This document shows, in pieces, positions 10,171-18,553 of a stretch of 64,000 bases of DNA. Location: contig CAYILI010000001.1 of the NCBI GenBank assembly GCA_964364105.1, positions 14,465-78,464 of the forward strand, read 5' to 3'. Both the position numbers and the translations under genes were made by a program. This stretch comes from an uncultured Gammaproteobacteria bacterium. GTDB lineage: Bacteria > Patescibacteriota > Microgenomatia > Levybacterales > UBA12049. The notes beneath the pieces are model-generated. The model searched no databases. It was not told where the DNA came from and worked only from the letters and a program-made list of their open reading frames with translations. Position 1 is the stretch's first letter. The number at the start of each line of letters is the position of its first letter.

Positions 10171-10192
10171 TCCCACTTTTTCCCACTTTGAA
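10171..10192 (-). promoter_or_regulatory. Putative MraZ operator: two GTGGG boxes with 10-bp periodicity upstream of mraZ
   Basis: The minus strand reads AAAGTGGGAAAAAGTGGGACAAA about 30 nt upstream of the mraZ ATG (10145). The boxes are flanked by AACCATAT direct repeats at 10157-10164 and 10191-10198. Confidence 0.4.
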
Positions 10193-10314
10193 CCATATTC
10201 TTATTTTGCTTTTTTCGCTGAAAAGTGTCAAGGGGCATTTCACAAAAATAGTGTGGTTTGGCAAGCTAATACACTAGATAAAGTAGGCTTATAGGAATTT
10301 ACTCCAAAGAGGAA

Positions 10315-10812
10315 TTAGAGTTTTACGATTTCTTGAACTTGATATTCTTTTCCGTCTTTTTTAGTAACTTTTAAATTAATTGTGATATCAGAGATTACGT
10401 TGTCATAGCGGCATTTTCCAGCTGAACAAGTTCCAAATTCTCTAAAATCAGTATCTGTTCTTCCGTCTTTTCCAATTTCCATAACTCCAAATATTCCTTC
10501 ATTTGCGGTCTCGCCCTCAACCTCTTTTTCGTATTCGATGGTATATTCGACTAGTTCAATGTCCGAAGCTTTTGTGAGTTCAAACATAAGAGCCTTATTA
10601 TCCTGTCTTACTGTAACTTCCATGCCTATATCTTCCGGGGTAAGGGTAGGTAGATCTGACTGCGTAATTTCATCAGATGGACTTTCGCTCCGTGATCCTT
10701 GCCTTGACCAGAGAAAAGCAGCACCTGCTAAAGCCAGAATTAAAAATACAGCCACCGCTGCAATAATCTTTTTTCCTCCAATGGCGGATTGAAAATTTTT
10801 TAATATTTCCAC
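10315..10812 (-). CDS. Hypothetical membrane-anchored protein
   Basis: N-terminal hydrophobic helix (IIAAVAVFLILALAGAAFLW) followed by a Ser/Glu-rich linker. No recognisable domain. Confidence 0.4.
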   Translation of the reverse strand: MEILKNFQSAIGGKKIIAAVAVFLILALAGAAFLWSRQGSRSESPSDEITQSDLPTLTPEDIGMEVTVRQDNKALMFELTKASDIELVEYTIEYEKEVEGETANEGIFGVMEIGKDGRTDTDFREFGTCSAGKCRYDNVISDITINLKVTKKDGKEYQVQEIVKL

Positions 10813-10860
10813 TAGATTTAGAATAGCTAAAAATTTAATCTTTTGTCAAGACTTGCAATC

Positions 10861-10975
10861 AAAAAAAAAAAAAAGCCGAAGACCCGCCGATGATCGCTCG
10901 GTGACCTGCCTGCCGGCAGGCAGGGCCGTGTTCGAATAGAACTGAAAAGCCGAACGGAAAGACATGGCTGGGTCA
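10861..10975 (-). terminator. GC-rich structured element containing a perfect 20-nt palindrome and a T13 tract (minus-strand sense). Candidate intrinsic terminator or small structured RNA.
   Basis: CCTGCCTGCCGGCAGGCAGG lies in an approximately 115-nt island of high GC within AT-rich DNA. On the minus strand it is followed about 30 nt later by GGC+T13, just downstream of the stop at 10973. Confidence 0.4.
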
Positions 10976-11416
10976 AGCAACTTTAGCTACAGGAGGAAAA
11001 ATGTCTGGAAATGCATTTGGAATTTCTCGAAGCGCTTCTTCTCCCGTAATTGGTTCATCTTTCCCTTCCATCATGAGTTCAATATCTGCAATCTTTAAAT
11101 CTGGATTTGATGTGGATCTAGAAATTTGCATAAATAAACTACTTGGTCCTTCTTTAAGTGCAACAGCGTCAATTGGAATTATACCCGCGCGTTCGCGAAT
11201 ATCCCCAGAATAACCATAGCTTTTATTATTATGGTCAAAGAGAACTAAAGATGGATAAGGCTCACCTGTATTAACTCCATGCAAGGCATGTGCCATGATT
11301 TGCCCTTGCGCTTCTGGAATCATTTCAAGCCTGCTTCCTAATAAATCAATGGCCTCTTCTACCTGCTCCTGAAATGTTAATTGGGGTTTTTCTGCTACCG
11401 CAGTGCTTTCAGCCAT
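10973..11416 (-). CDS. Hypothetical protein (147 aa)
   Basis: ORF with GC and codon usage distinct from its AT-rich flanks. No recognisable motif. Confidence 0.4.
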   Translation of the reverse strand: MAESTAVAEKPQLTFQEQVEEAIDLLGSRLEMIPEAQGQIMAHALHGVNTGEPYPSLVLFDHNNKSYGYSGDIRERAGIIPIDAVALKEGPSSLFMQISRSTSNPDLKIADIELMMEGKDEPITGEEALREIPNAFPDIFPPVAKVA

Positions 11417-12756
11417 TATTTTATTTTTTCAAATATAAAATCGTGGAGTTTACTTATTTCGATTCTTTCCTGAGCTGCGGTATCGCGGTCTCTGATGGTC
11501 ACAGTATCGTTTTCAAGAGTCTCAAAGTCCACAGTTATACAATACGGTGTTCCTGCTTCATCCTGAGAAAGATAGCGCTTTCCAATATTTCCCCTATCAT
11601 CCCACGCCACCATAAAGCTAGGCTTCAAACTATCGTAAATTCCTTTAGCTTTTTCTACCAACTCTGGCTTATTGGGTAGAAGTGGAAAAATAGCAGCTTT
11701 ATATGGTGCTAATTTCGGATGCAAACTTAACCAAGTTCTTTTTTCATCTTGCTTATATGCATTTAATAAAAAGAATAAGGTTGATCTGTCTACACCGCCT
11801 GATGCTTCTATAACCCAAGGAGTATATTTTTGACCCTGATCATCAAGATATTGTTGTTTGTGTCTAGACAAATCCCAATCTCCTCTGTGATGAATTCCTT
11901 CAAACTCACTCCAACCAAAAGGAGCCTCGAATTCTATATCTTCTGCGTATTTTGCATAATGCGCTTTTTCATCGTCCTCGTGCTTTCTAAAACGCAGCTT
12001 TGCGCCGTCCATTCCAAGCGATTTATACCAGCTCATTCTTTGTTCTTTCCAATACTGGAACCATTTATCTCCCTCGCTATCTTCCGGGCGGACAAAAAAC
12101 TCAAGCTCCATTTGTTCAAATTCACGACTTCTATACACGAAGTTTCCAGGCGTAATCTCATTCCTAAATGCTTTTCCTATCTGAGCAATTCCAAATGGAA
12201 TTTTGACACGAGTTGAAGAAATTACATTCTCAAAATTTACGAATGCCCCCTGCGTTATCTCTCCTCTTAAATAAATTTTCTGTTTTTGTCCCTCAACTAC
12301 TCCTAATTCAGCTTCTACAAGAAGATTAAATTTCTTAGGTTCAGTCCATGTAATTTTTACAGTCTTTCCCTCAACCTTGTGACCAGCTTCTTCATGCTCT
12401 TTTATTTCTTCTGCTTTATCTGCTCTAAATCTTTTGTGGCAAATCAAACATTCAATCAATGGGTCCGTGAACGCCTCAAGGTGACCTGAAACCTGCCAAA
12501 CCTGAGGATTCATCATAATTGCGGCATCAATTCCGACCACATCCGATCGCAACTGAACCATAGATTTCCACCACTCATTCTTAATATTTCTTTTGAGCTC
12601 CGACCCGAGGGGTCCGTAGTCCCATGTTCCTGTTAAGCCAGAATATATATCTGACCCAGGAAAAATAATCCCACGACGCTTACATAAAGCCACTATTTTT
12701 TCCATTAAATTCCCGTCCATACCGCAATGATAGCAAAAAAAACGTTTTCTTGTCAT
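11416..12756 (-). CDS. glyQS: Glycine--tRNA ligase (alpha2 dimeric class II type)
   Basis: MEKIVALCKRRGIIFPGSDIYSGLTGTWDYGPLGSELKRNIKNEWW is the hallmark GlyRS N-terminus. Class II core follows. Confidence 0.85.
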   Translation of the reverse strand: MTRKRFFCYHCGMDGNLMEKIVALCKRRGIIFPGSDIYSGLTGTWDYGPLGSELKRNIKNEWWKSMVQLRSDVVGIDAAIMMNPQVWQVSGHLEAFTDPLIECLICHKRFRADKAEEIKEHEEAGHKVEGKTVKITWTEPKKFNLLVEAELGVVEGQKQKIYLRGEITQGAFVNFENVISSTRVKIPFGIAQIGKAFRNEITPGNFVYRSREFEQMELEFFVRPEDSEGDKWFQYWKEQRMSWYKSLGMDGAKLRFRKHEDDEKAHYAKYAEDIEFEAPFGWSEFEGIHHRGDWDLSRHKQQYLDDQGQKYTPWVIEASGGVDRSTLFFLLNAYKQDEKRTWLSLHPKLAPYKAAIFPLLPNKPELVEKAKGIYDSLKPSFMVAWDDRGNIGKRYLSQDEAGTPYCITVDFETLENDTVTIRDRDTAAQERIEISKLHDFIFEKIK

Positions 12757-12774
12757 CTTGAACTTGATTCAGGA

Positions 12775-12810
12775 TCTAAAAAACAAAAGATGCTGAAATA
12801 AATTCAGCAT
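12775..12810 (-). terminator. Putative Rho-independent terminator after recO
   Basis: Hairpin ATGCTGAA-ATAA-TTCAGCAT (8-bp stem) followed on the minus strand by CTTTTGTTTTTT. Confidence 0.45.
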
Positions 12811-12840
12811 GACAAACGAGACGAACGAGGAGGGGAAGGA

Positions 12841-13377
12841 TTAGAAGATTTGGGGGAGGATTCTTTTAGTCTTTATCTTTTTCTCCATGATTCCTTCTAT
12901 AAAACTTTCTGAATCTTCTAGAAAAAGCTGCTCCCTTGGCCAAAATCCAAGTAAAACAATGAGTTCTTCTTCGAATCTTTTTATTCTTTTTCGGGGATCT
13001 GGAGTTATTTCTAAATCATAGAAAACTTGCTGAAGAAGATGAAAAGCTGCGCGGTTTTCCTGATGCTCTGGGAGCAAACCATCAACTAATTCACAAACAT
13101 AAAAAGCATATCCTGCTCTTTCAAGATCAGATTTTAATCCTGAATGATGATTTAGAGTTTCTATTTCTGTAAGAATTGGCATGCGGCCATCGTGAAGATT
13201 AAAAATACTTAAGTTAAGAAGCTCTATGTGGGATGATCTGCGGCTTGAAATCTTTCTAACTCCTTTTGCAATAACTGAGATTTTTCCTCTATTTTTTGTT
13301 AAAACTGTAAGAATCCTATCAGCCTCTCCGTAATTTTTTCTTTTTATGACAATTCCCTCAGTCTTAAAAGATCTCAT
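12841..13377 (-). CDS. recO: DNA repair protein RecO (short form)
   Basis: N-terminal OB-fold signature GIVIKRKNYGEADRILTVLTKNRGKISVIAKGVRK. Confidence 0.7.
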   Translation of the reverse strand: MRSFKTEGIVIKRKNYGEADRILTVLTKNRGKISVIAKGVRKISSRRSSHIELLNLSIFNLHDGRMPILTEIETLNHHSGLKSDLERAGYAFYVCELVDGLLPEHQENRAAFHLLQQVFYDLEITPDPRKRIKRFEEELIVLLGFWPREQLFLEDSESFIEGIMEKKIKTKRILPQIF

Positions 13378-13457
13378 ATATTATTCTGTTGTCATCCTGA
13401 GCGAAACGAAGGATCTTATTCACTGGCTCAAGATTCTTCACAACGCTGCGAATGACA

Positions 13458-15425
13458 TTACAAGCTTAGTTCAATTTCTTTATCCTGATCCAGTATAAAC
13501 TTTTGCTTTTGTTTACCATTCAATTTAATCGTATATTCATCTTCAGCTGTCCCCGGCTGTTTTTGAATCATCACTGGAAGAGGTGAGCCTTTTTCTACTT
13601 TAAATGGAAGAGTATATTCAAGAGTAAGTTTTCCAATTCCCAGAGGCCTTACCGTTAAGAATCCTTCGAAAACTGTTTTTCCAAACTCTTCATAAGTTGT
13701 CATTTTTACTTCTGATCCAGAGGAATCTTTAAGCTTAGCGCCTTTTGGCACATAAACCCTGAACCAGTTTCTCCATGGAGCATTAAGACAAAGGCTGTTC
13801 TCGGCTTCTAGATTACAGTTAGAAGGTTTATGCGGATTTCTGTAGTTAACAGTAACTTTTTTAGTAATGACTCCATTTCCGCCAACTGTATACTCCTGTA
13901 AAACACTCTGGTCTACGAATAGGTTAGATTTCGCTCCTCCAAAGTTAGCTTCATTAAGATGGAAATAGTCACCTTCAAAATCTCTAATTTGCCCAGTCGC
14001 ATTTACTGCTGAAAGCCCTTCCATAGCATCTTTATTTTCTAGGCTAAATAGGATATGCTTCTGACCAATCTCTGAGAACATTGCCTGCATAAGCGGTCCC
14101 CAATATTGCTTTGGTGAAGATTGAAAAGCTTTATTCATAATCGCAAGCATAAGATCTCCTATGATACTTTTCCTGTCTGATCGAATATATTGGACTCTGA
14201 TTCCAGCAAATTCTTCCAGCTCATAAATAACTTGCGGACAATCGCATCTCTCGTCAATTTTGGTTGTGTAAGTCTGACCATTTACCTGAACGTCTCCTAG
14301 AATTTCCATTGCAGCGACCAATGCATGTGTATCTATTGCGATAATCCCATCTACATCTACATATTTATCTGCTTCTCCATAAAGATCTCTAAATTCTTTC
14401 ATAGACTCCTGGAAATCAGGAGAAAGATTGCTATCGCGAAGATTAAGCACTGGCACTTTTGGAAGATATTTTAAGATAGGCTCTGGGGCCTTTTCCTTAC
14501 CTGAGATTGAATTATCCAAAACATAAATATCTTCTGAAGAATCCACTTTAATTACACCTTTATTAATTCTAAATATGGCGTAGGCTGTAAGAAATCCTCC
14601 AGTAGGCCTGAGCTCTTTGTCATTCTGGAAAAGCACAAAGTATTTCTTTTCTTCTTTTTCTCCAAGAAGCTGCGGAAGAACTTTGATAAATGGACTTGCG
14701 TCTTCTATAAATTTAGTCCCGTCCGTTGCTAAGGTTCTCATAGTCGTCATGCCGTTTCTAACTTTTCCTCCTGCTATAAATGCCGGATAGTCATTTGGAT
14801 TAACGTGATCTATTTCTTTTTGGGCCAGTTTTAGAGACTTTGCAATATCATCAATTCTAGGAGTAACTTTTCCCATAGTTTGAACTGCTGTCTCAATTCG
14901 CTGCTCAGCTGATCCCCCAACAAAACTTCCCTGACCTTTAAGTCCTAAAACGTCTGCATAAGGTTCTACAGACTCTACGAAAACATCAGCTGCATCAAGT
15001 CCATAGAATCCAGCGTTAACCATGTGTCTTGCATCGTTATAGTAAATATTTGGTCCTGGAATAAATCTCATTACCATTAAAAGATTTAATTTCTTCTGAG
15101 TATCTTTTAAGGCTTCACGTGTTTTTTTAAGTTCTTTACCTGTCGCTTCTATGTCCTGCTTCTTAAGCGCATCAACTGTGGCATTAACCTGCGCGTAAGT
15201 TTTCTTAGCAGAAAGATAAGTCAAGAATCCTGGAATTATAATTAGAACGATAAAAAGCATGAAAACTACAAGAAGCCCAATTCCTACTTTTTTATTCTTA
15301 ACTTTGCCAAGTTTTAAAAACCTCGATTTCAATTCTAGGCGCGAAGTTTGGGATTTTGCTTCTGGGTTAGGAGTTGTTTTTACGGGTAAATCAGAGCTTA
15401 GCTCAATCTTTTCGAATCCATCCAT
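13458..15425 (-). CDS. Large membrane-anchored extracytoplasmic protein (655 aa), possibly DUF4012-like
   Basis: Single TM (IGLLVVFMLFIVLIIIPGF) and a long coiled-coil/soluble domain. Lies immediately upstream of the priming sugar transferase, the usual neighbourhood of DUF4012 proteins. The family assignment is not verifiable here. Confidence 0.4.
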   Translation of the reverse strand: MDGFEKIELSSDLPVKTTPNPEAKSQTSRLELKSRFLKLGKVKNKKVGIGLLVVFMLFIVLIIIPGFLTYLSAKKTYAQVNATVDALKKQDIEATGKELKKTREALKDTQKKLNLLMVMRFIPGPNIYYNDARHMVNAGFYGLDAADVFVESVEPYADVLGLKGQGSFVGGSAEQRIETAVQTMGKVTPRIDDIAKSLKLAQKEIDHVNPNDYPAFIAGGKVRNGMTTMRTLATDGTKFIEDASPFIKVLPQLLGEKEEKKYFVLFQNDKELRPTGGFLTAYAIFRINKGVIKVDSSEDIYVLDNSISGKEKAPEPILKYLPKVPVLNLRDSNLSPDFQESMKEFRDLYGEADKYVDVDGIIAIDTHALVAAMEILGDVQVNGQTYTTKIDERCDCPQVIYELEEFAGIRVQYIRSDRKSIIGDLMLAIMNKAFQSSPKQYWGPLMQAMFSEIGQKHILFSLENKDAMEGLSAVNATGQIRDFEGDYFHLNEANFGGAKSNLFVDQSVLQEYTVGGNGVITKKVTVNYRNPHKPSNCNLEAENSLCLNAPWRNWFRVYVPKGAKLKDSSGSEVKMTTYEEFGKTVFEGFLTVRPLGIGKLTLEYTLPFKVEKGSPLPVMIQKQPGTAEDEYTIKLNGKQKQKFILDQDKEIELSL

Positions 15426-15431
15426 TAATAT

Positions 15432-15468
15432 ATGATACTAGGTCACAAACTGTCATGTCAAATTGACA
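15432..15468 (-). promoter_or_regulatory. Candidate sigma70-type promoter (TTGACA-18 nt-TATCAT) giving a near-leaderless mRNA for the 13458-15425 gene
   Basis: The minus strand reads TTGACAtgacagtttgtgacctagTATCATatattaATG. The -35 sits inside the palindrome TGTCAAATTGACA. Confidence 0.3.
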
Positions 15469-15509
15469 AAATGTGATATGGGAGGTTATAAATCAAACTA
15501 AATTGAGAG

Positions 15510-16175
15510 TTAGAGGGCGCCTTTGCCGGAGACCATTGCACCTGGAGTTTTCATTATTATAGATATGTCATATGCAATTGATCTCTTTTTAACATATTCT
15601 GCGTCCATTTTAATTCTTTTATCAAAGTTTATTTCCGATCGCCCGGAAACCTGCCAATATCCAGTTACACCGGGTCTAACTGAAAGTACTATTTTTACAG
15701 GCTCCCGAGTTTCAGGATATCTTACCTGCTGGTCACGGAGCTCATCTGGATAGTATGCACGGGGTCCCACAAGACTCATATCACCTTTTAAAATATTAAA
15801 AAATTGTGGAACCTCATCGAGAGAATGCTTTCTGATGAAATGCCCGACATTTGTGATCCTTGGATCATCCTTTAACTTATAACTTCCTTTTTTGTAGTCT
15901 CTATAAAGCTCTGCAAATTTAGGGTTTTCGCGCAAAAGTTCATGAGCGTTTTCGATCATTGAACGGAATTTATACATCTTAAAAAGCTTACCGTTTTTTC
16001 CAACTCGCTCAGGTGTATCAGCCAAAACTGGCCCTTTAGAATCAAGCTTAATTGCAATAGCGACCAAAACAATTACGGGAGAGAAGATAACGATAAGAAC
16101 CAAAGACAAAACTATATCGATAAGTCTTTTAAATAACTCATACAAGACACTTTTTCTGACTTCAATAATTGGCAT
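15510..16175 (-). CDS. Polyprenyl-phosphate sugar phosphotransferase (bacterial sugar transferase, WbaP/PglC C-domain type)
   Basis: Single N-terminal TM, then KMYKFRSM...PGVTGYWQVSGRSEI. This is the PF02397 signature. Confidence 0.85.
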   Translation of the reverse strand: MPIIEVRKSVLYELFKRLIDIVLSLVLIVIFSPVIVLVAIAIKLDSKGPVLADTPERVGKNGKLFKMYKFRSMIENAHELLRENPKFAELYRDYKKGSYKLKDDPRITNVGHFIRKHSLDEVPQFFNILKGDMSLVGPRAYYPDELRDQQVRYPETREPVKIVLSVRPGVTGYWQVSGRSEINFDKRIKMDAEYVKKRSIAYDISIIMKTPGAMVSGKGAL

Positions 16176-16180
16176 ATTTT

Positions 16181-16249
16181 ATCCTGCACTTTCTATCTCA
16201 CTCCTCCCAAACAAAACCCAAACCCTGACTGTAAATAAAAGTGCAGGAT
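16181..16249 (-). promoter_or_regulatory. 12-bp perfect inverted repeat (ATCCTGCACTTT / AAAGTGCAGGAT) spanning the intercistronic gap from the manC-like stop to 6 nt before the sugar-transferase ATG
   Basis: Arms at 16181-16192 and 16238-16249 with a 45-nt loop. The 3' arm on the mRNA contains AGGA (a likely SD) 9 nt before the ATG at 16175. Confidence 0.4.
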
Positions 16250-17323
16250 TTAGGTAAGATGTTCGTGAGGAGTTCCTGCTAGACTCTCGACTAATTTTTT
16301 AATTTTAGGAACCGATGATTTAGGACAAACTAAAACAACATCTTCTGTGTTAATTACTAGCATTTCAGAAAGATCGATTCCTACAGTAAGCTGATTAGTG
16401 TAGTTAAAAACAAGACTATCTCTTGAATCTTCTACCATAACTTTTCCTTTCGTAACGTTCTCGTCAGCTTTCTCGCTCAATGCCTCCTTTAGCGCTTCCC
16501 ATGCTCCGATATCGCTCCACCCTATGTCAACTGAAATAACAGAAATCTTACTTGTTGTAAATTTCTCAAGTATTGCATCATCAAAGCTAATTTTTTCCAA
16601 CGCTGGATAAATCTCATCCAGTGATTTTTCAAAGCTTGATGAATCAACTATTTTCATAAGCTCGGTATACATTTGTGGCGCAAATCTTTCAAACTTTTCA
16701 ATTAAATATGCAGGAGTCGTGACGAAATATCCCAAGTTCCAAACATAGTGTTCGTCTTGGAAAAAATCTTCTGCTTGAGATAATTTGGGACGATATTTAA
16801 GCTTTTTAAATTCAAGCGATTTCAAACCTCCCTCTTCCCGCAATTCATCTCCGCAATAAATCCATCCCACATTCTGATTAGCAAATCTTGGTTTTTGCCC
16901 TATAAAAACGAAGTCAGATTTTCCTTCTGTTATAGATTTCTCAGCCATTCGGAGTGCCCTTTGGAAAATCTTAACTTCCCTAACCATGTGATCACTCCAA
17001 ATAATAGCCATCGGTTCATTTGGAAATCTTTTATTAATTATGGCCGTTGTTAGTCCAATCGCAGGCCCGACATCGCGCATTTCAGGCTCGAATATAAAAT
17101 TCTCCTGGGGTATATCTGGAAGCTGATCTATCACAATATCTTTGTATCTTTTTCCAGTTGCCACATAAATATCAGAAGGATCAAACTCGGGCTGAAGTCT
17201 GGCAACCGCTTCTTGAAGTGTTGATTTATCGCCAATTAATTTTCCAAACTGCTTTGGAGTATTTTTCCTCGAAAGAGGCCAAAGCCTTGTTCCTACTCCT
17301 CCTGCAAAAATAACTACCTTCAT
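16250..17323 (-). CDS. manC: Mannose-1-phosphate guanylyltransferase (GDP-mannose pyrophosphorylase, ManC/CpsB-like, without a PMI domain)
   Basis: MKVVIFAGGVGTRLWPLSRKNTPKQF N-terminus. Confidence 0.75.
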   Translation of the reverse strand: MKVVIFAGGVGTRLWPLSRKNTPKQFGKLIGDKSTLQEAVARLQPEFDPSDIYVATGKRYKDIVIDQLPDIPQENFIFEPEMRDVGPAIGLTTAIINKRFPNEPMAIIWSDHMVREVKIFQRALRMAEKSITEGKSDFVFIGQKPRFANQNVGWIYCGDELREEGGLKSLEFKKLKYRPKLSQAEDFFQDEHYVWNLGYFVTTPAYLIEKFERFAPQMYTELMKIVDSSSFEKSLDEIYPALEKISFDDAILEKFTTSKISVISVDIGWSDIGAWEALKEALSEKADENVTKGKVMVEDSRDSLVFNYTNQLTVGIDLSEMLVINTEDVVLVCPKSSVPKIKKLVESLAGTPHEHLT

Positions 17324-17401
17324 CCCGTTAGAAAACCTCCTTTTCGGCTTTACTATCTAACATATTAAACTTGCTGGTTAAAATAAATTTTCTAACGGGA
17401 T
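17322..17401 (-). repeat. Intercistronic inverted-repeat element J1 (14-bp perfect arms ATCCCGTTAGAAAA / TTTTCTAACGGGAT)
   Basis: mRNA sense: TGAATCCCGTTAGAAAA-(52 nt)-AAAGGAGGTTTTCTAACGGGATGAAGGTAG. The 5' arm abuts the stop of the GT4 gene (17402). The 3' arm carries the SD and ATG of manC (17323). Confidence 0.6.
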
Positions 17402-18553
17402 TCATAAATTTGTATTCTTTTCTAAGAATTCTTCCAAATTTTTCTTAAAGTTTTTATAAGAAAATCTCTCCGAATTCCTTACTATGTCAGCAGTATTATA
17501 TAGTCTTTCATCGAATCTTTCCAATACCCTATTTAACGATTCAGGGCTTTGTTCCGAGAAAAACTCACCAGTTACCCCTGTTATTACTATGTCTAGTGCC
17601 CCTCCATTTTTAAAAGCTATTACAGGTTTTCCAAACAATTGCGCTTCTGCCATTACGAGTCCGAAGTCTTCATTTCCTGGAAAAATTAAAGCTTTGCAAT
17701 TTTTATAGTAATACCTAAGCTTCTCGTCTGTCAATTCTCCAAGAAACTGAATATTCTTATTTGAGCGTTTTTTTAAAGCTGACATCATGGGTCCTCCTCC
17801 AATTATTTTTAAAGGAAGTCTATTCTGATTAAACGCTTCGACAGCTAAATCCACTCGTTTATAATTACTAAACCGGGACATTCTGGACACTAAAAGAAAA
17901 TAATCATTTTTTCTTTTTTTTATATTTTTTGGCTTATCTATCATTAAAGGCGGAAAAATTATTTCACTGTCTCGGTCATAATATTTTTTAATTCTATTTT
18001 TTACTTCTGAGGAAATTGCAATCATGTGATCTGGTCTTTGAGAAGCCATCCTGTCCCAGTTTTTTAAATATTTAATAGAACCCTGAGCCAAAAATCTAGT
18101 AATAGGATTTGGGAAATACTCATCATAACCACTCCACAAATATCTTGTAGGCGTAAGACAATAACAAATGTGGACTGTGCCTGGATTTGTAATTATTCCT
18201 TTTGCTGCTTCACTTGTAACTGAGATTACCAGGTCATATTCATCGAATGAAAAATGCTCAAAAGCTATTGGCATAAAAAGCGCCAAGAGCTCATTATACT
18301 TACGAAGAGCCGAAGCAGATTGAAGAAAAGAGGTATTCACCTCAAACTCTTTTGCCCAAGAACTCCCTTCCTTACTATAAACTGAGGTATACAAAGGAGC
18401 TTCTGGGAAAATTTTATGCAGTGCTAAAAGTACTCTTTCTGCCCCGCCCCACTTATTTACTCTGTCATAAACGAGCGCTACTCGTAATCTTCTCGAATGA
18501 CTCAAATTACTATCTAATCTATTCGAATTCATCATCCCTCTCCGATAAATCAA
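17402..18553 (-). CDS. Glycosyltransferase family 4 (GT-B)
   Basis: VNKWGGAERVLLALHKIF and the C-terminal E.FG..MAEA motif. Confidence 0.7.
   Translation of the reverse strand: MIYRRGMMNSNRLDSNLSHSRRLRVALVYDRVNKWGGAERVLLALHKIFPEAPLYTSVYSKEGSSWAKEFEVNTSFLQSASALRKYNELLALFMPIAFEHFSFDEYDLVISVTSEAAKGIITNPGTVHICYCLTPTRYLWSGYDEYFPNPITRFLAQGSIKYLKNWDRMASQRPDHMIAISSEVKNRIKKYYDRDSEIIFPPLMIDKPKNIKKRKNDYFLLVSRMSRFSNYKRVDLAVEAFNQNRLPLKIIGGGPMMSALKKRSNKNIQFLGELTDEKLRYYYKNCKALIFPGNEDFGLVMAEAQLFGKPVIAFKNGGALDIVITGVTGEFFSEQSPESLNRVLERFDERLYNTADIVRNSERFSYKNFKKNLEEFLEKNTNL

Noticed and set aside
10930-10960. tRNA-like T-loop motif (GTTCGAAT) in the GC-rich island.
   Set aside because: No acceptor stem, D-arm or anticodon arm can be drawn around it. 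It is probably part of a terminator or ncRNA structure rather than a tRNA.
13388-13452. Imperfect inverted repeat (TGTCATCCTGAGCGAAACGAAGG ... GCTGCGAATGACA) between recO and the 655-aa gene.
   Set aside because: The arms match at only about 60%, with no adjacent T-tract or recognisable promoter spacing. It is likely chance complementarity.
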